64,000 nt of DNA from Vezdaea acicularis (taxonomy: Eukaryota), in contig JAPEUI010000065.1 of the NCBI GenBank assembly GCA_026025075.1, positions 1-64,000 of the forward strand. The letters run 5' to 3'. The notes beneath the pieces were generated by a model. The model was not told where the DNA came from and searched no databases. It saw only the letters and a list, made by a program, of their open reading frames with translations. Both the position numbers and the translations under genes were made by a program. Shown piece after piece: positions 52,620-64,000 of the stretch (positions are counted from its first letter, which is position 1; each line of letters opens with the position of its first letter).

Positions 52620-54627
52620 TCAAGCCGGAACAGCAGCTCCATCCCCTCGCGGATCACTCCCAGCTGAATATACATTCCTTCCATCTTCAACATGGCATCT
52701 AATTACCTGACCTCTGCCAAATATCCCCCTCTGCCAGCCCCCTAAAATTTTAGCGTCGTGTCCTAGCGCTCTCAGTTCTTTTGCAGTCTCCTCAGAGATA
52801 CCCTCTTCTAGATATACTGATCGATCCAATACTTTCCCTTGTTCTGGAGTACCTGCTCCAATGCAAAGCCGAGGCGCATCAAGAGCCGCCTGAGGGTTAT
52901 ACTTGAAAGCTAGCATATTGAGCAAGACTTGCACATGGCCTTGCGGCTGCATGAAGCCTCCCATGACACCATAAACACTGTGAAGTGTCCCATCGCTGGG
53001 ATTGGTAATCATAGCTGGAATAATGGTATGATAAGGCCTCTTATTTGGCGCTAGTACGTTTGGATGGTTCTTGTCAAGGGAAAAGTTGGCGCCACGGTTA
53101 TGTAAGGGGAAACCAGTGCCTTTTGGTATGATGGCGGATCCAAAGCCACCATAGAGGCTATTGATGAAAGAGCAGCCATTTCCTTCTGCGTCCGTGACTG
53201 CGAAATAGACGGTATCACAGTGATTGTGCGCTGGAGAGCCATGCTTGAGAGAATCGGATGCTTTTCGCGGATTGAAGAGCTTGGCGCGCTCTGCAAGATA
53301 GGATCGCGTAATCAGACCCTTCGTAGGGACCTTTTCTACTTCAGGATCGGTCACGAACCATGCTGAATCTGCGAAGGCGATACGCAAGGATTCGATAATG
53401 GCATGGAGGTACGGAGCAGTATTGTGGTCCTTTTCTGTGAACTTGGGAATCTTACCCGTGCGCTCGAGTTCTTCAAGAATGCCAAGAGCCATAAGAGCAA
53501 CGATGCCTTGACCATTGGGCGGGCATTCCCAAATCTCAACGCCATTTTCTGTGGATTTTTTATCATCGCCGTCTTGGCCATTAACATATTGGCTTTGAAT
53601 CTCGCCTATGTTTTGACCATTGAATTTAAGGGAGATTGGGGCGGTTTCCTCAGTTCCGGTCTCGCCGTGGCTTTTGAGATCTTCTGAGGTAAGATAGCTT
53701 CCTTTCTCTTGGAGTACTTTGATGATTGATTCTGCAACAGGTCCTTCGTAGAAGCCTTTCTTTCCTTCTTTCGCGAGCTGCTTAAAGGTATGGGCAAGGC
53801 CAGGATTCCCGAAAATCTCTCCTGGTCTTGGGGCCCGCTTTCCATTAATCGCTTTTGGGTCATCCTTCAGGAGCTCTCCGTAGTTCGGAGAAGCCTCCCG
53901 GATCTGTGTCTCCCCAGCGTGCCACTGAGCTCATGTCAGCATTTCTACCCGTTGATTGAACTCCTCGGCTCTGGATTGGACATACAAATGTTGATACAAG
54001 CTCAGACACGGGGAATCCCTCTTCCGCTAGCTGAATGGCGGGTTTCAGAATTTCTTCCAGATTAACTTTGCCACTGCCAAACTTCTCAACAGTATCTACC
54101 CAGCCGGCTGCAGCCCCTGGTACGATGCATGAATGAACGGAAGACATTGGAATGGCATCATCCTGGCCATACTTGAGGCGAATGTCTTCCTTGATCCCCT
54201 CAAGAGCGAACTTGCTCCCTGCCCGCCCCGAGCCATTGAGCGCCCTAACACTCTTCTCTTTTGCATTGTAAAAAAGTGCAAACATGTCTCCACCAATGCC
54301 AGTAGAGGACGGCTCAACCACGTTCAATGCCGCGGCTAATTACAAAATGAGAGGAATATCTAGCAAAGGTGATTGTCAACTCACCAACCGCAACAGCCGC
54401 ATCCTAGAATAATTAGTAGATAGTCCTGACGAGACGACGATAGACGTTTGAAAAACACCCACAGCAGCATTACCTCCGACCCTCAATATCTTGAGGCCGC
54501 ATTCTGAAGCCAACGGCTGGGTGCAAGCAACGATGCCTTTAGTGCTATGGACGACACTGCGGCGACTTGGGAAGGCTATAAAATCAGGGTCCGAGGAGGG
54601 GAAGATTGCATTTGCATTGAGAGGCAT
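52620..54627 (-). CDS. Gamma-glutamyltranspeptidase family protein (no signal peptide); introns 54462-54404, 54384-54336, 53985-53925
   Basis: GGNAA|DAAVAV|AAALNVVEPSSTGIGGD, EIWECPPNGQG, catalytic Thr in DTVYFAV, KRPYHTIIPA, GVMGGFMQPQG, SDPRGDG. Confidence 0.92.
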
Positions 54628-55279
54628 CTTTTCTTAGATCATATGTAATTAAGAACTAAGAAACCAAGATGTATTTTCAAAATGTACTGGGGAAGACCAG
54701 CGGAATTGGCAAAAAGAGGAGTGTCACTCGTGGTCCGACTCTGGTCCGACCAGGTCCGGTGTCGGGCATAGGAAATCTGAAGAGAAGCCAATTGATGTAT
54801 GAGAGAAGCAGGGTGTGAAATTCTGAAGACCCTCTGAGATGTTTGTATGGATGATACTCGGCACGCATCTATACCCATCGCACGATGATGGGGCGAAGAG
54901 CAATGACGGCATTTGCCATTTGGCACTTCCATACTTTCTGACTGGGACCGACACCATCAGCTCGATTCGGCCTGATTGGAGACACCTCCAATTCGCTTCA
55001 ACCCAAGCTAATTTTGGTGACAGTATGTAAACAGCCACGTTAACTGGATATCCTCTCAAAGACTTGAATGAAGGTCTGCGCTTGCATAGCTCGCGAATAG
55101 GTGTTCTCGTGATTCGGTTGAGATTCAATGCGCGATGGGCGTCGAGGAAAGGATGTTATTCCGAGGTGCCCTTCTGCTGGCCTCGGTTCCAAACGACGCT
55201 AAAAACGGACGCGGAAATTTCATAGACGAGCGTATCTTCCGCTCTGTAGGGCTCCTAGCGATATACAAATGATGTTAAC

Positions 55280-56698
55280 ATGCTAGCATCCTCATGGATC
55301 TGCTCAAGATGTTTGCATCGAGGTTCGCGTTTAGCAAGGGTCGGTCCGGCTCGATTTCAGAGCACGGGTAAGCCATAGAGCTCGCTTTTCCAGAAATAAA
55401 AAGCTAACAGATATCAAAGCGTCGACTGCGCACAACGGAGTCTCCCCCGTCCTGATCAGTCGCGCCCGCTCAATCGCCCACGAACACGATGATCTCTCAA
55501 AAGCCGTGGCCGAGAACTTCGACTCAAGAGCCGCGAAGAGAATAGGAGAGCTATCTGCAGTGGCCAAGGCATTGAGAAACTGGGAAGATGTCAATAAAGT
55601 ACGCAAACGCAAACTCCTTCACCCTCAAAGCATCTCGAGCTAACTCTACAGTCCATATCCGAACTACGTGCCCTGGCCCAAGACCCCCAAAGCGGCGATG
55701 AGCTCCGTTCTCTCGCCCTCGAAGACCTCGAAGCCAGCAACGCCGAGCTAGCCAGCACTACCTCACACCTAATCAGCACTCTCATCCCCCCTCACCCCTT
55801 CGCGCACCTCCCCTGCCTCCTCGAGATCCGGCCAGGCGCAGGCGGCGGCGAGGCCTCCATCTTCGCCGGGGACCTCCTCCAGATGTATCAAGCCTACTGC
55901 TCTCGCACCGGCCTCCGCGCCACACTCCTCAAATACGAGGACGACTCCGGCGCCGGCTCCTCCAGCGGCTCCAACAACGACACCGCCCCCCCCCTCCAAG
56001 AAGCCATCCTCGAGATCGAAACCGCAGGGTCCTACGGCCTCCTCCGCTGCGAAGCCGGCGTCCACCGCGTCCAGCGCGTCCCCGCTACAGAAAGCAAAGG
56101 CCGCACGCACACCAGCTCCGCCACCGTCCTCGTCCTCCCCTCCCTCCCCACCCCCACCACCCCGGACACCTCGCCGGAAAACACCTACGACGACCCCACA
56201 AGCGACTACTACATCGCCCCACGCGACGTCCGCACAGAAACCATGCGCGCTCGCGGCGCCGGCGGGCAACACGTCAACACAACCGACAGCGCCGTGCGGC
56301 TCACCCACCTGCCCACCTCCACCGTCGTCTCCATCCAAGACGCCCGCTCGCAGCACAAAAACCGCGAGAAAGCCTGGCGTCTCCTCCGCGCCAAACTCGC
56401 CCAAGCCAAGCGCGAAGCGCGCGAAGCCGAGCTCCTCAAACTGCGCAGAAGCGTTATTGGGCATAAGATGGCGGGAAGGGAGTTTAAGGTCCGCACGTAT
56501 AATTGGGGACAGCAGAGGGTGACGGATCATAGGAGTGGGGTCAGTCTTAATCTCCTAGATGAGGTGGTGGCGGGCGGGCAGGCGCTGGAGACGGTCATGG
56601 CTAGTGTGAGGGCGTGGATGATGGAGAGGGAGGTCGAGGGGATGATTGCGGAGGAGGAGGCGGCGGCAGCGGCGGTGGCGACTGGTAAGAAGAAGTGA
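55280..56698 (+). CDS. MRF1: Mitochondrial peptide chain release factor 1; introns 55368-~55419 and 55599-55651
   Basis: Presequence-like MLASSWICSRCL; EIRPGAGGGEA, EAGVHRVQRVPATE (PxT), GAGGQHVNTTDSAVR (GGQ), VRTYNW...RVTDHR. Confidence 0.92.
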
Positions 56699-57316
56699 GG
56701 GAGCTTTGTTGGGGTGATGGCGCTGGTGGTGTTTGCTATGTACTATAGCCTGCATGATGGGCGTTGAGTGTAGATCGATCCAGTGGCGCAACAAGTCTCA
56801 CTCCTCAGAAGCACGTGCAGGAAAATCATGCAGAGTTGAATGCAACAGTCATTCCATTCGCTATGCCGAGGCCACAAGCCCTGTATGGGGCAACCCCCAA
56901 ATCCCTATCCATACCTCTCCACAAGAGTAAGGGATTCCTCTCCCTCCCTTCTTCTCCACACACACACACACATATATATCTCAAGCAGCGCAGTACAGAA
57001 CCGATGAGAGAAAAGAAAAATCGTCATTACATCGTTTCAAACAAGTGGAGGAAAGCTTTCTAGGGGCCAAGTAGAGAGGAGAAGAAAGAAAAAGAAAAAG
57101 AGGACAGATGGATTTAATGCTGACGCTTGCTTTTTATGATGGGGGGGGAAAAGAAAAAGGGAGGCGCTGGAAAACAAATGCTCAGGGAAAATGAAAAGGG
57201 TGAGGGTGATGAGGGCTGCGTGTGTTACTGCGCGAAGGCGAGTGCTAAGCACAACCCGGATAGGATCCCGATATATGGAAGGAAAAGGTCGGATTAATAA
57301 GCTTGTACGGTGTTTC

Positions 57317-60300
57317 TTAGAACGTGACGTCTTCCTCGTCGACTCTGCTGCCAAAGGTATCTGCGATGCATTAGCGACCAAGCTCTCATGTGTGATGGCT
57401 CGATGAACTAACCTCTCTTGCGCCTCCCACTCCCCACCATCTCCCTCGGCCCGCGGACCTTCCTAGGCGTTTCAGCGCCACTACCCCGTCCTTCGCTCGC
57501 GCTCGAAAACCGTACGTTCTCGGCCTCTTCCGGACTCAGGAAGTGTTCCAATCCGTCCGTGGCACTGACCTTGGGCGGGCGTTGGGGGACGAGCGGGTCC
57601 TTTGGCGGTCGTGGTGGCGCATGCCGTCCACTGCCTGAGATCGAGTCGGCCTGGCTGTGCGTGCTTGTGGGGCTCATGTTGCGCTGCTGCCGCTGTTGCT
57701 GGTGGCTAGCGGCTGATCCGGCGGAGTAGCGCCCGAGATTCGAGTGCGAGCCGACCCACTGTTCGGAGGTGGGGGAGACGGGCGAGAAGTTCTGAGCCTG
57801 TGTCTCGAGATGGTTGTGATACCTCGCTGTGGGACGGGGTTGTGGGTGCTGTAGGTTTTGGGAGTTGCGATGGACTTGGTATCTTGGGTCTTCGTCGGGT
57901 TCGGAATGTTGAGGGAGTAGAGGGGAGTTGGGACGCTGGTCAAGGGCTTCTCGGGGTTCAGGCAGGTCGTCGAGCGAGTAGGTCATGTGCAGCTTGTCAC
58001 TCGGGAGTGGGGGTGCGTCGTTGCCCCAGTAGTCAGCTTCGGAGCCGGAGCGGGAATGTGGGTCCGTGTATTTATCTTTGCGGCCGCTGCTGCGGAAGGG
58101 TTGGGCAACGGTGGATGCTGTGGTTTTGGACCAGCGGGAGATGGCGTGGGGAAAGAAGGAGCCGTGTTTGCGGGATCGGTCGGAACGAGGGGTATTTTCG
58201 TTGCTGTTGCTGAGGGGTTGGGCAGCAGGGATCTTCGGCGGGGTATCAAGAGGCACTGAAAGGCCCCGTGGCAGCTCCTGGCTTGGTGTAAGACGCTGCT
58301 CGGGGTCACTATACTGACGCTGATCGTTCGGGTACTGCGGCTCTTTTGCATACTGCCGTTCCCCATCATACCCATCTTGGTACGCCGCCTGCTCTTCAGC
58401 CTCTTCGGGGACAGTGCTAATGCGATTCTCAGAATGCCTCCGCCCATCTGAGCTTCTCATACCGCCCGCCTGTCGTGAAGGAGGGTTCGAGAAGTAGCCT
58501 GAATGTGTAGCAGTCGAAGTCCCGGCGTGGCCCTCAGGCTCGTAGCCATCTTGCGCGCCTTGGATGTTGTCGTACGAGTCGAGGCTACGGGTACGGGCCC
58601 CACTAGGACGACCTTCTTGTACAGCTTTGAGACCCTCGACCTCGTCAAGTAGATGATGGAACATCTCCTCGATCCTAGCAAGATCGCTATCGTTACGCCC
58701 ACTCAAGCCTTTAAGAGCTCGCTTGAAAACATTCCGTCGCTTAGCAGGAGTATCCTCGTTTTCCTCGGAGACACGTCTCGGGACACGAGGACTCCCTAGG
58801 GGCTGCGGGCGTGGACCCTGAATGTGCTTTTGAATGGTGCGTTCGGTGTTCTTGTCGGTCACAGTGAGAATGTTCTGCTCAGAATCAAGCATCATTCGCT
58901 TCATGTCCTCAAAGGAATTGCGCATTTCCGCTGCGCTTCGAACAAGTGTGATCAGAATCTCGGTGTCACGGGCGTTTCGTTGAGCATCGCGTACGGTAAG
59001 GTGGTCCATGAGAGCAACTACATCCCTCGACTGGATGCGGTCTAGCCCCTTGCCGGTTGCACCGTCGTAGAGAGGTGAAGGCATGCCATGAGAATAGCCA
59101 CTCAGATGTCTCGTATGGCCTTGGCCAACGAAAGGATCATCATCGCCATCGATAGGATCAAGCCCACGAAGGTCTCCCTCATCGAAGAGCTTCGGAGCCT
59201 TTCCGTACTTGTCAAGAGGATCAACCGGAGGGCCTGGAGAATGAGCATTGGGGTCTGCCGTGATATATCCCTCGTCCTTGATCGGAGGGGTGGGAGGAAC
59301 CGTGAAGCCGCTCTGATAAGAGTCACGAACGCCTCCAATATCGCGAGGGCCTCCAAGACCATTGACTCCGTCAGTCACATGATCGTTTTCGATGTTGTTC
59401 GGAAGGTCTCGTTTTGAGTCTACGCCATATTGATCTTGCCCAGGACTCAGTCCACGATCGCCCGACAAACCTGCAACACCCAGACCAGCGCCTGCAGCAG
59501 CTGCGGCGCCAAGGATGCCGGCTTCGGTGGCATTTATGCCCCCATGGCCATCTGGGGTGTCGCGCAGATCACCAAAGTTACCATTCGAGCGAGGTGGCGT
59601 GGGCTCGTACGGCCAGTGATCACGACCACCCTGTGCAACACCGCCGATGGGACCTCGAATGATTGATGGATTCGTAGTGATGTCGGATTCATCATCAACA
59701 CCATATCCCAGTTCAGGCATGGTATGGTCTGCCGTAGGTAACCCACTCGCGCCCATAGGGATCCGCTCTTCTTCGTGTTCCTTGTAGGAAAGCCGTTTTC
59801 GACCGTTCGGAGAACTAGCTGCGGCACGTTCCTGGAAAGACTTTTGTGACGTAGATTGCTCTCCGTCAGACGCGTGTGGCTGTCTCTTCGTTGGGCTGTC
59901 AGACTGGCTTAACGCAAGGCCTCGATCTGCTCCTTCGTATCGGTTGCTGTCAATTCTGCGGTCGTCCAGAGAGTCTACGTAGGATTGATGTCCACCATGA
60001 GAGTCTTGAGATCGTAGAGAGCGAGCGTCTAGAATCGATGCCTCGTGAAGAGAAGCAACTGCAGACTGTGCAGCGACGGGAGTATGCCTATATTCAGGAT
60101 TCGCACCAACACCAATAACATGTTGTCCAGCGGCGGCCTTGTCAAAGAAATTACTGCTCATTGTTTCGTCCGTATAGTTTGTCATTCGATTATAGTCGAC
60201 CTTTGGATCGCTGAAACCGCTGCTTGCATAGGATTGGCGATTGAGGTCATTGACCTTGTGTTGTTCGTTCCAATAGGTCAAGTCGGCGTCTCTGAAGCTC

Positions 60301-62522
60301 TCCTTGTCCGGTGTCAACTCCGAATCGGGTAACTGCCTCTCGCTTACCGAGATCTCGTCCTTTTCGGCTGGACGAGAGCGAGCGAAGTTTGCGCCGGGGG
60401 ATGATCGGGCGGAATCGGCAGTGACACCGGAGTATCTCTGGCCAGCTTTGTTGAGTGATGATAATGAGCCTTCGCTATAAGTGCGCTGATAGGAATCTCG
60501 CTGGGTTTCCGGAAAGTCATCCTCTCTGTTGCTTGCAACGCTCTGAATAGGACTGAGTCCTCGAGAGCCATATCCCTTTGCGTCTTGCGAGTGAGGCTCC
60601 TTAGTTGCAAGAGCTGCCGCGCCTGCACCTAGGCCAGCGCCAATCAAAGCAGCTTCAGCAGCCTTCGTGCCCAATTCCCCTTTGCCAAGGCTTCGATCGC
60701 TCTTCGCGCTCTTCATGCTTAGATCGCCATGTGAAAGGTTGCTATGCTGCGTCCCCAAGCCGCGTTGTATATCAACCGGGGTCTTCGTCCTTGAGTTTGG
60801 CGAATGCGACTTGCGAATCGGCGTACTACGGTCCTGCTCTGCGGCTGATATTGGTCGCTCAGTATCTGCAGTACGGATTGAAGTCCTGGTCACGTCGGAG
60901 GATTGAATGTCGCTGCTCATAGGCATTGGAGGCAAGCCACCGTGTTGAATCGTATCAACGCTCTCGGTGACACTAGCACTTCTGCTACGGCTCTTACTGC
61001 TCCTCCTCTTCTTCCTGCGTTCCCTTTTCTCCTTTGACTCGTGGTTTGACAGAGCAGCCGCAGTTAGACCAGCAGCACCCGCCAGCAGCCCGGCTTCCTC
61101 TAACCTGTGTTTATCCTTGCTCCTCTTCTTCTGGATTTTCCCATCCGTCATAGTTTCCTCGGAAACGCCGCGCTCGAAGCTCCTCTCGGACGGTGAATCA
61201 GCCACTCCCTTATCGCTGTTGCGGTGCCTTTTGCTTTTCTTCGTGCTTCCTGAAAGGACCTCACCGCCCCCTACTTCACCAGAATTAAGAACGACCCGTG
61301 GGGCGTTCACGTCAGGTGCGCTAGATGAGTGTGACACTCGCCTCCTCGACTCCCGAGTCGCACTTTCGACTGACACACTTGAGTCCCGTCGGCCGTTCTC
61401 GAATATCTCACGGTTCTCGCGAGCCTTTTGTGCTTTCCGTAGAGAAGCCAGCTCTGGCAATACTAGCCTCTTGATGGTGTCTTCGACAGCCTCCACGAGT
61501 TTTGGGTTGCGTATCGAAGAGCCAGAAGTGCCTGATCGGAAAGAACGGTTATCCCCAGATCTTCCAGAGAGTTGAGAATTGGTGTAGAGACTTCGGCCAT
61601 CACCGACGTCCTGCTCCTCGACATGGCCTCTGCTTGACCTTCGCCTTGACGTATCCACAACATCGACATGTTCCTTGCTGACGCTCCGGCTTCGGCTCTT
61701 GCTTCGGCGCTTCTTGCCGCTTCCAACCTTATCCGTGCTCAGCTTCTCTATAGCCTGTTGCGCAATCCTTCTTTCGGCACTCAAGCTTCTGTTGCGTTGG
61801 AGTGAGGGTGCTTCTAGGGTACCTTTTGTGATGACTTCTTCCTGGCTAATGCCGCGGCTTCTGTCCCTACGAGAACTGTCTTTGGTCGGCGTCTCAAGGA
61901 AGTTGTCAGGCGGCATTGAAGAGATCTCGGATGCGTTTGGGAGGATGAAGCGTTGGTTTCGAGGTGAATTAGCAGCAGAGCTGCTGCGATCGTCGTGCAT
62001 GACTTCGACTTGCAAGGGCGACTTTCGTCCCAAGCCCGACTCCTCTGTGGCCGATGCGTACGAGCTCAAGCTCTTCTCGTCTCCCTCCTCAATCAGCAGC
62101 CTCTCGCCTTCGCCTCGAGGTCGGAGAGATATGCGTTTTGTGTACGAAGGCTTCCTATCTGTGCCCGTCTCGGTGATTCGAATATGATCGTTCCCTATCT
62201 TCTTCGCCGCAGAAGGCGTGACCTTGACTCGCACACTGGGCTTTGTCCTGACTTTCCCACCCTCGAAGTATTCAATCAACCACGAAGTATTCGAGCCAGA
62301 CTTCGAGCTGCTGCTCCGAGTATCTCTGTCGCGTTTGCGACGAACGGGAAGAGTAACGTCTTCGCCCTCAGGGAGTGAGTATGATGTCTTATCGGTTCTC
62401 GTCGACAGATCAGTCGCAAGATCAGTTTCGGCAGCGCCTTCGTCGTTGACAGAGCTTAATGTGGAGGGTTCGGTCGGTGGAGGCAACGGTGGTGCTTTGC
62501 GACTGGGACCCTCAACTCCCAT
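57317..62522 (-). CDS. Large (~1720 aa) low-complexity fungal protein of unknown function; terminal intron 57412-57361
   Basis: 5.1 kb ORF with an ordered island LDRIQSRDVVALMDHLTVRDAQRNARDTEILITLVRSAAEMRNSFE. A GTTAGT...GCTAAT...CAG intron gives the C-terminus RKR|DTFGSRVDEEDVTF*. Confidence 0.85.
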
Positions 62523-64000
62523 CGTGAGGATCTCTCAGTAAAGTGGACAGTCCTGTCGATCGAGAGAGAAAGATCTCTCAAGATATCGGGCTGCCCCAGC
62601 TGCCGCTAAGCCTCAATGCGAGCCTTACGCGTCGATGCCCGCAAGGGTGTTTTTTTTGTGTTGAAGTTGAAATGTTCGGGGCCGGCAAGACTCCCCTAGT
62701 CGAGAAGGCTAGGTAAGAGACAGGTTCGCTTGATTCTCTCTTCTCAAGTCGTTGTGTTGTCAGTGGCGGGAGAGCTGAAACCGGTAACGCAAGCAGATAG
62801 TCGAGGGGAAGTCATCGGCGGAAAGCGGAAGGACGATCAAGACGCAAGAATTGTTATCGATCGCCAAAAGAGCTTGTGAAAGTCGCCGGCTGAGGGGAGT
62901 GGTTGGATCATGTACGTGGCCGTCGCAGCGAGCTTGTTTTCTCCGTTCGGCTGTCGCTAAAAGTACGGAGAGGATCTAAAGTCGAGTGAAGGGTATCCCT
63001 GCGACAACGACCATGATACCTCAGGTTGTATAATTCCTATCGGCTCCGCAGTATGGCGTATGTGAAAACAGAGTTCAGCGATCTAATTGCGGACCCCAAG
63101 AGATGGCTGGAAGACACGGGGGTGACGCAAGAGCCCATCTGCGAACAGTGCACCGTCTCAGCTTCCGGGGCGGGGAGGGGAATGAGGGTTGGGAGAGAAA
63201 GAGAAAAAAAGGAGTCCAGCAATTCGAAGAAAATCACCGGAGAATTACAATTGTTAAGGTCAGAATTACGGTCAAGGCCGGGCGAGAGATAGAGAGAGAA
63301 CGAAAAGCGTCGGTTTGAAGGGCAAACAGACAACAACAAACGGCTTGCCGCCAGAGCCCATCATCCATCCGCCGGTCATCCACCTGCCCCAGTGGAAGCC
63401 CAGAAGTCACCGACTGCAAGCAGCGGCATAAGCGGCGAGCCCACCGTTTCGAGGCTCTGAGCCAGTGAGGATCACCACTTGGCCGCCCACACTAGACAGC
63501 GCATCTCCGCGCCGGGCTGGCGACCAACCGCGACCGCGCGCGGGCCGACCGCTCGAAAGCCAAAAAAGGCCCGCCCCGGAAACCCCGTCGCGGAGCGTTC
63601 TCAGCGCAGTCCGTCCGCGACCATCAATTGGCCTGTAACAAGCTCTGGGCGTTCTTGCGACGACGGGTTCGACCTTGCGTCACGCAAAAGTCCGATCAGC
63701 ACGGCGGGGCAGCTGCCGATAAAACATGTCACTTCTGCCTCCTCTGCGTGGGGCAAGGCAGGGTCACCTTCTCCTGCGTGCTGCGTCTTGATGATTGGCG
63801 CGAGTGAGGTCGAGGGGGGCAGGTCGCACAGCCTTGAAGGATCGGACTGATATAATCTTTTTTTTCAGCTGTGGGAACCTGCCATCAAAGCCGCGCCTTA
63901 TGCTCGATCTACAGCCCCCGCTTGCACTGTGAGAAAACAGCATAACACCTGCCTCTACTAATCCTGTCCATACAACCACCTCTCAATATGACCTGATCCT

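Noticed and set aside
55769..56530. 253 aa antisense ORF over MRF1, and similar antisense ORFs over NUP188, UPF1 and the large ORF
   Set aside because: Mirror frames of well-supported genes with no independent protein motifs.

Overview
Gene-dense eukaryotic DNA from a filamentous ascomycete (Pezizomycotina-type genes, short GT-AG introns with CTRAY branch points). I can reconstruct about 23 protein-coding genes: PXL1 (3' part), FTA4, a SCI1/SipB-like coiled-coil protein, an F-box-like protein, UBC12, a KpsF/GutQ SIS protein, an AhpC/TSA-like protein, UPF1, IMP4, an amino-acid permease, a BRCT+WGR protein, trifunctional trpC, NUP188, U1-C, a CnjB-like zinc-knuckle protein, a PIN3-like SH3 protein, a secreted DUF3455-type protein, UPS1, WRS1, MpkA/SLT2, a GGT, MRF1 and a large low-complexity protein. 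I recognised no transposon, tRNA, rRNA or CRISPR array. Main findings: (1) the U1-C gene gives the conserved MPKFFCDYC N-terminus only through a non-canonical 53-nt AT-AC intron (ATAAGT...GCTAAC...CAC) and a 6-nt microexon, while the GT-AG-only routes I traced hit stops, so this may be a splicing-based autoregulatory switch; (2) an intergenic segment at ~40.5-41.35 kb is densely packed with hairpins whose G-U pairs favour the + strand, a candidate unannotated structured ncRNA; (3) an unusually long structured intron in mpkA; (4) recurrent C-rich to G-rich strand-skew switches. Gene names come from my recognition of motifs, not from database searches. Exon boundaries were derived by hand.
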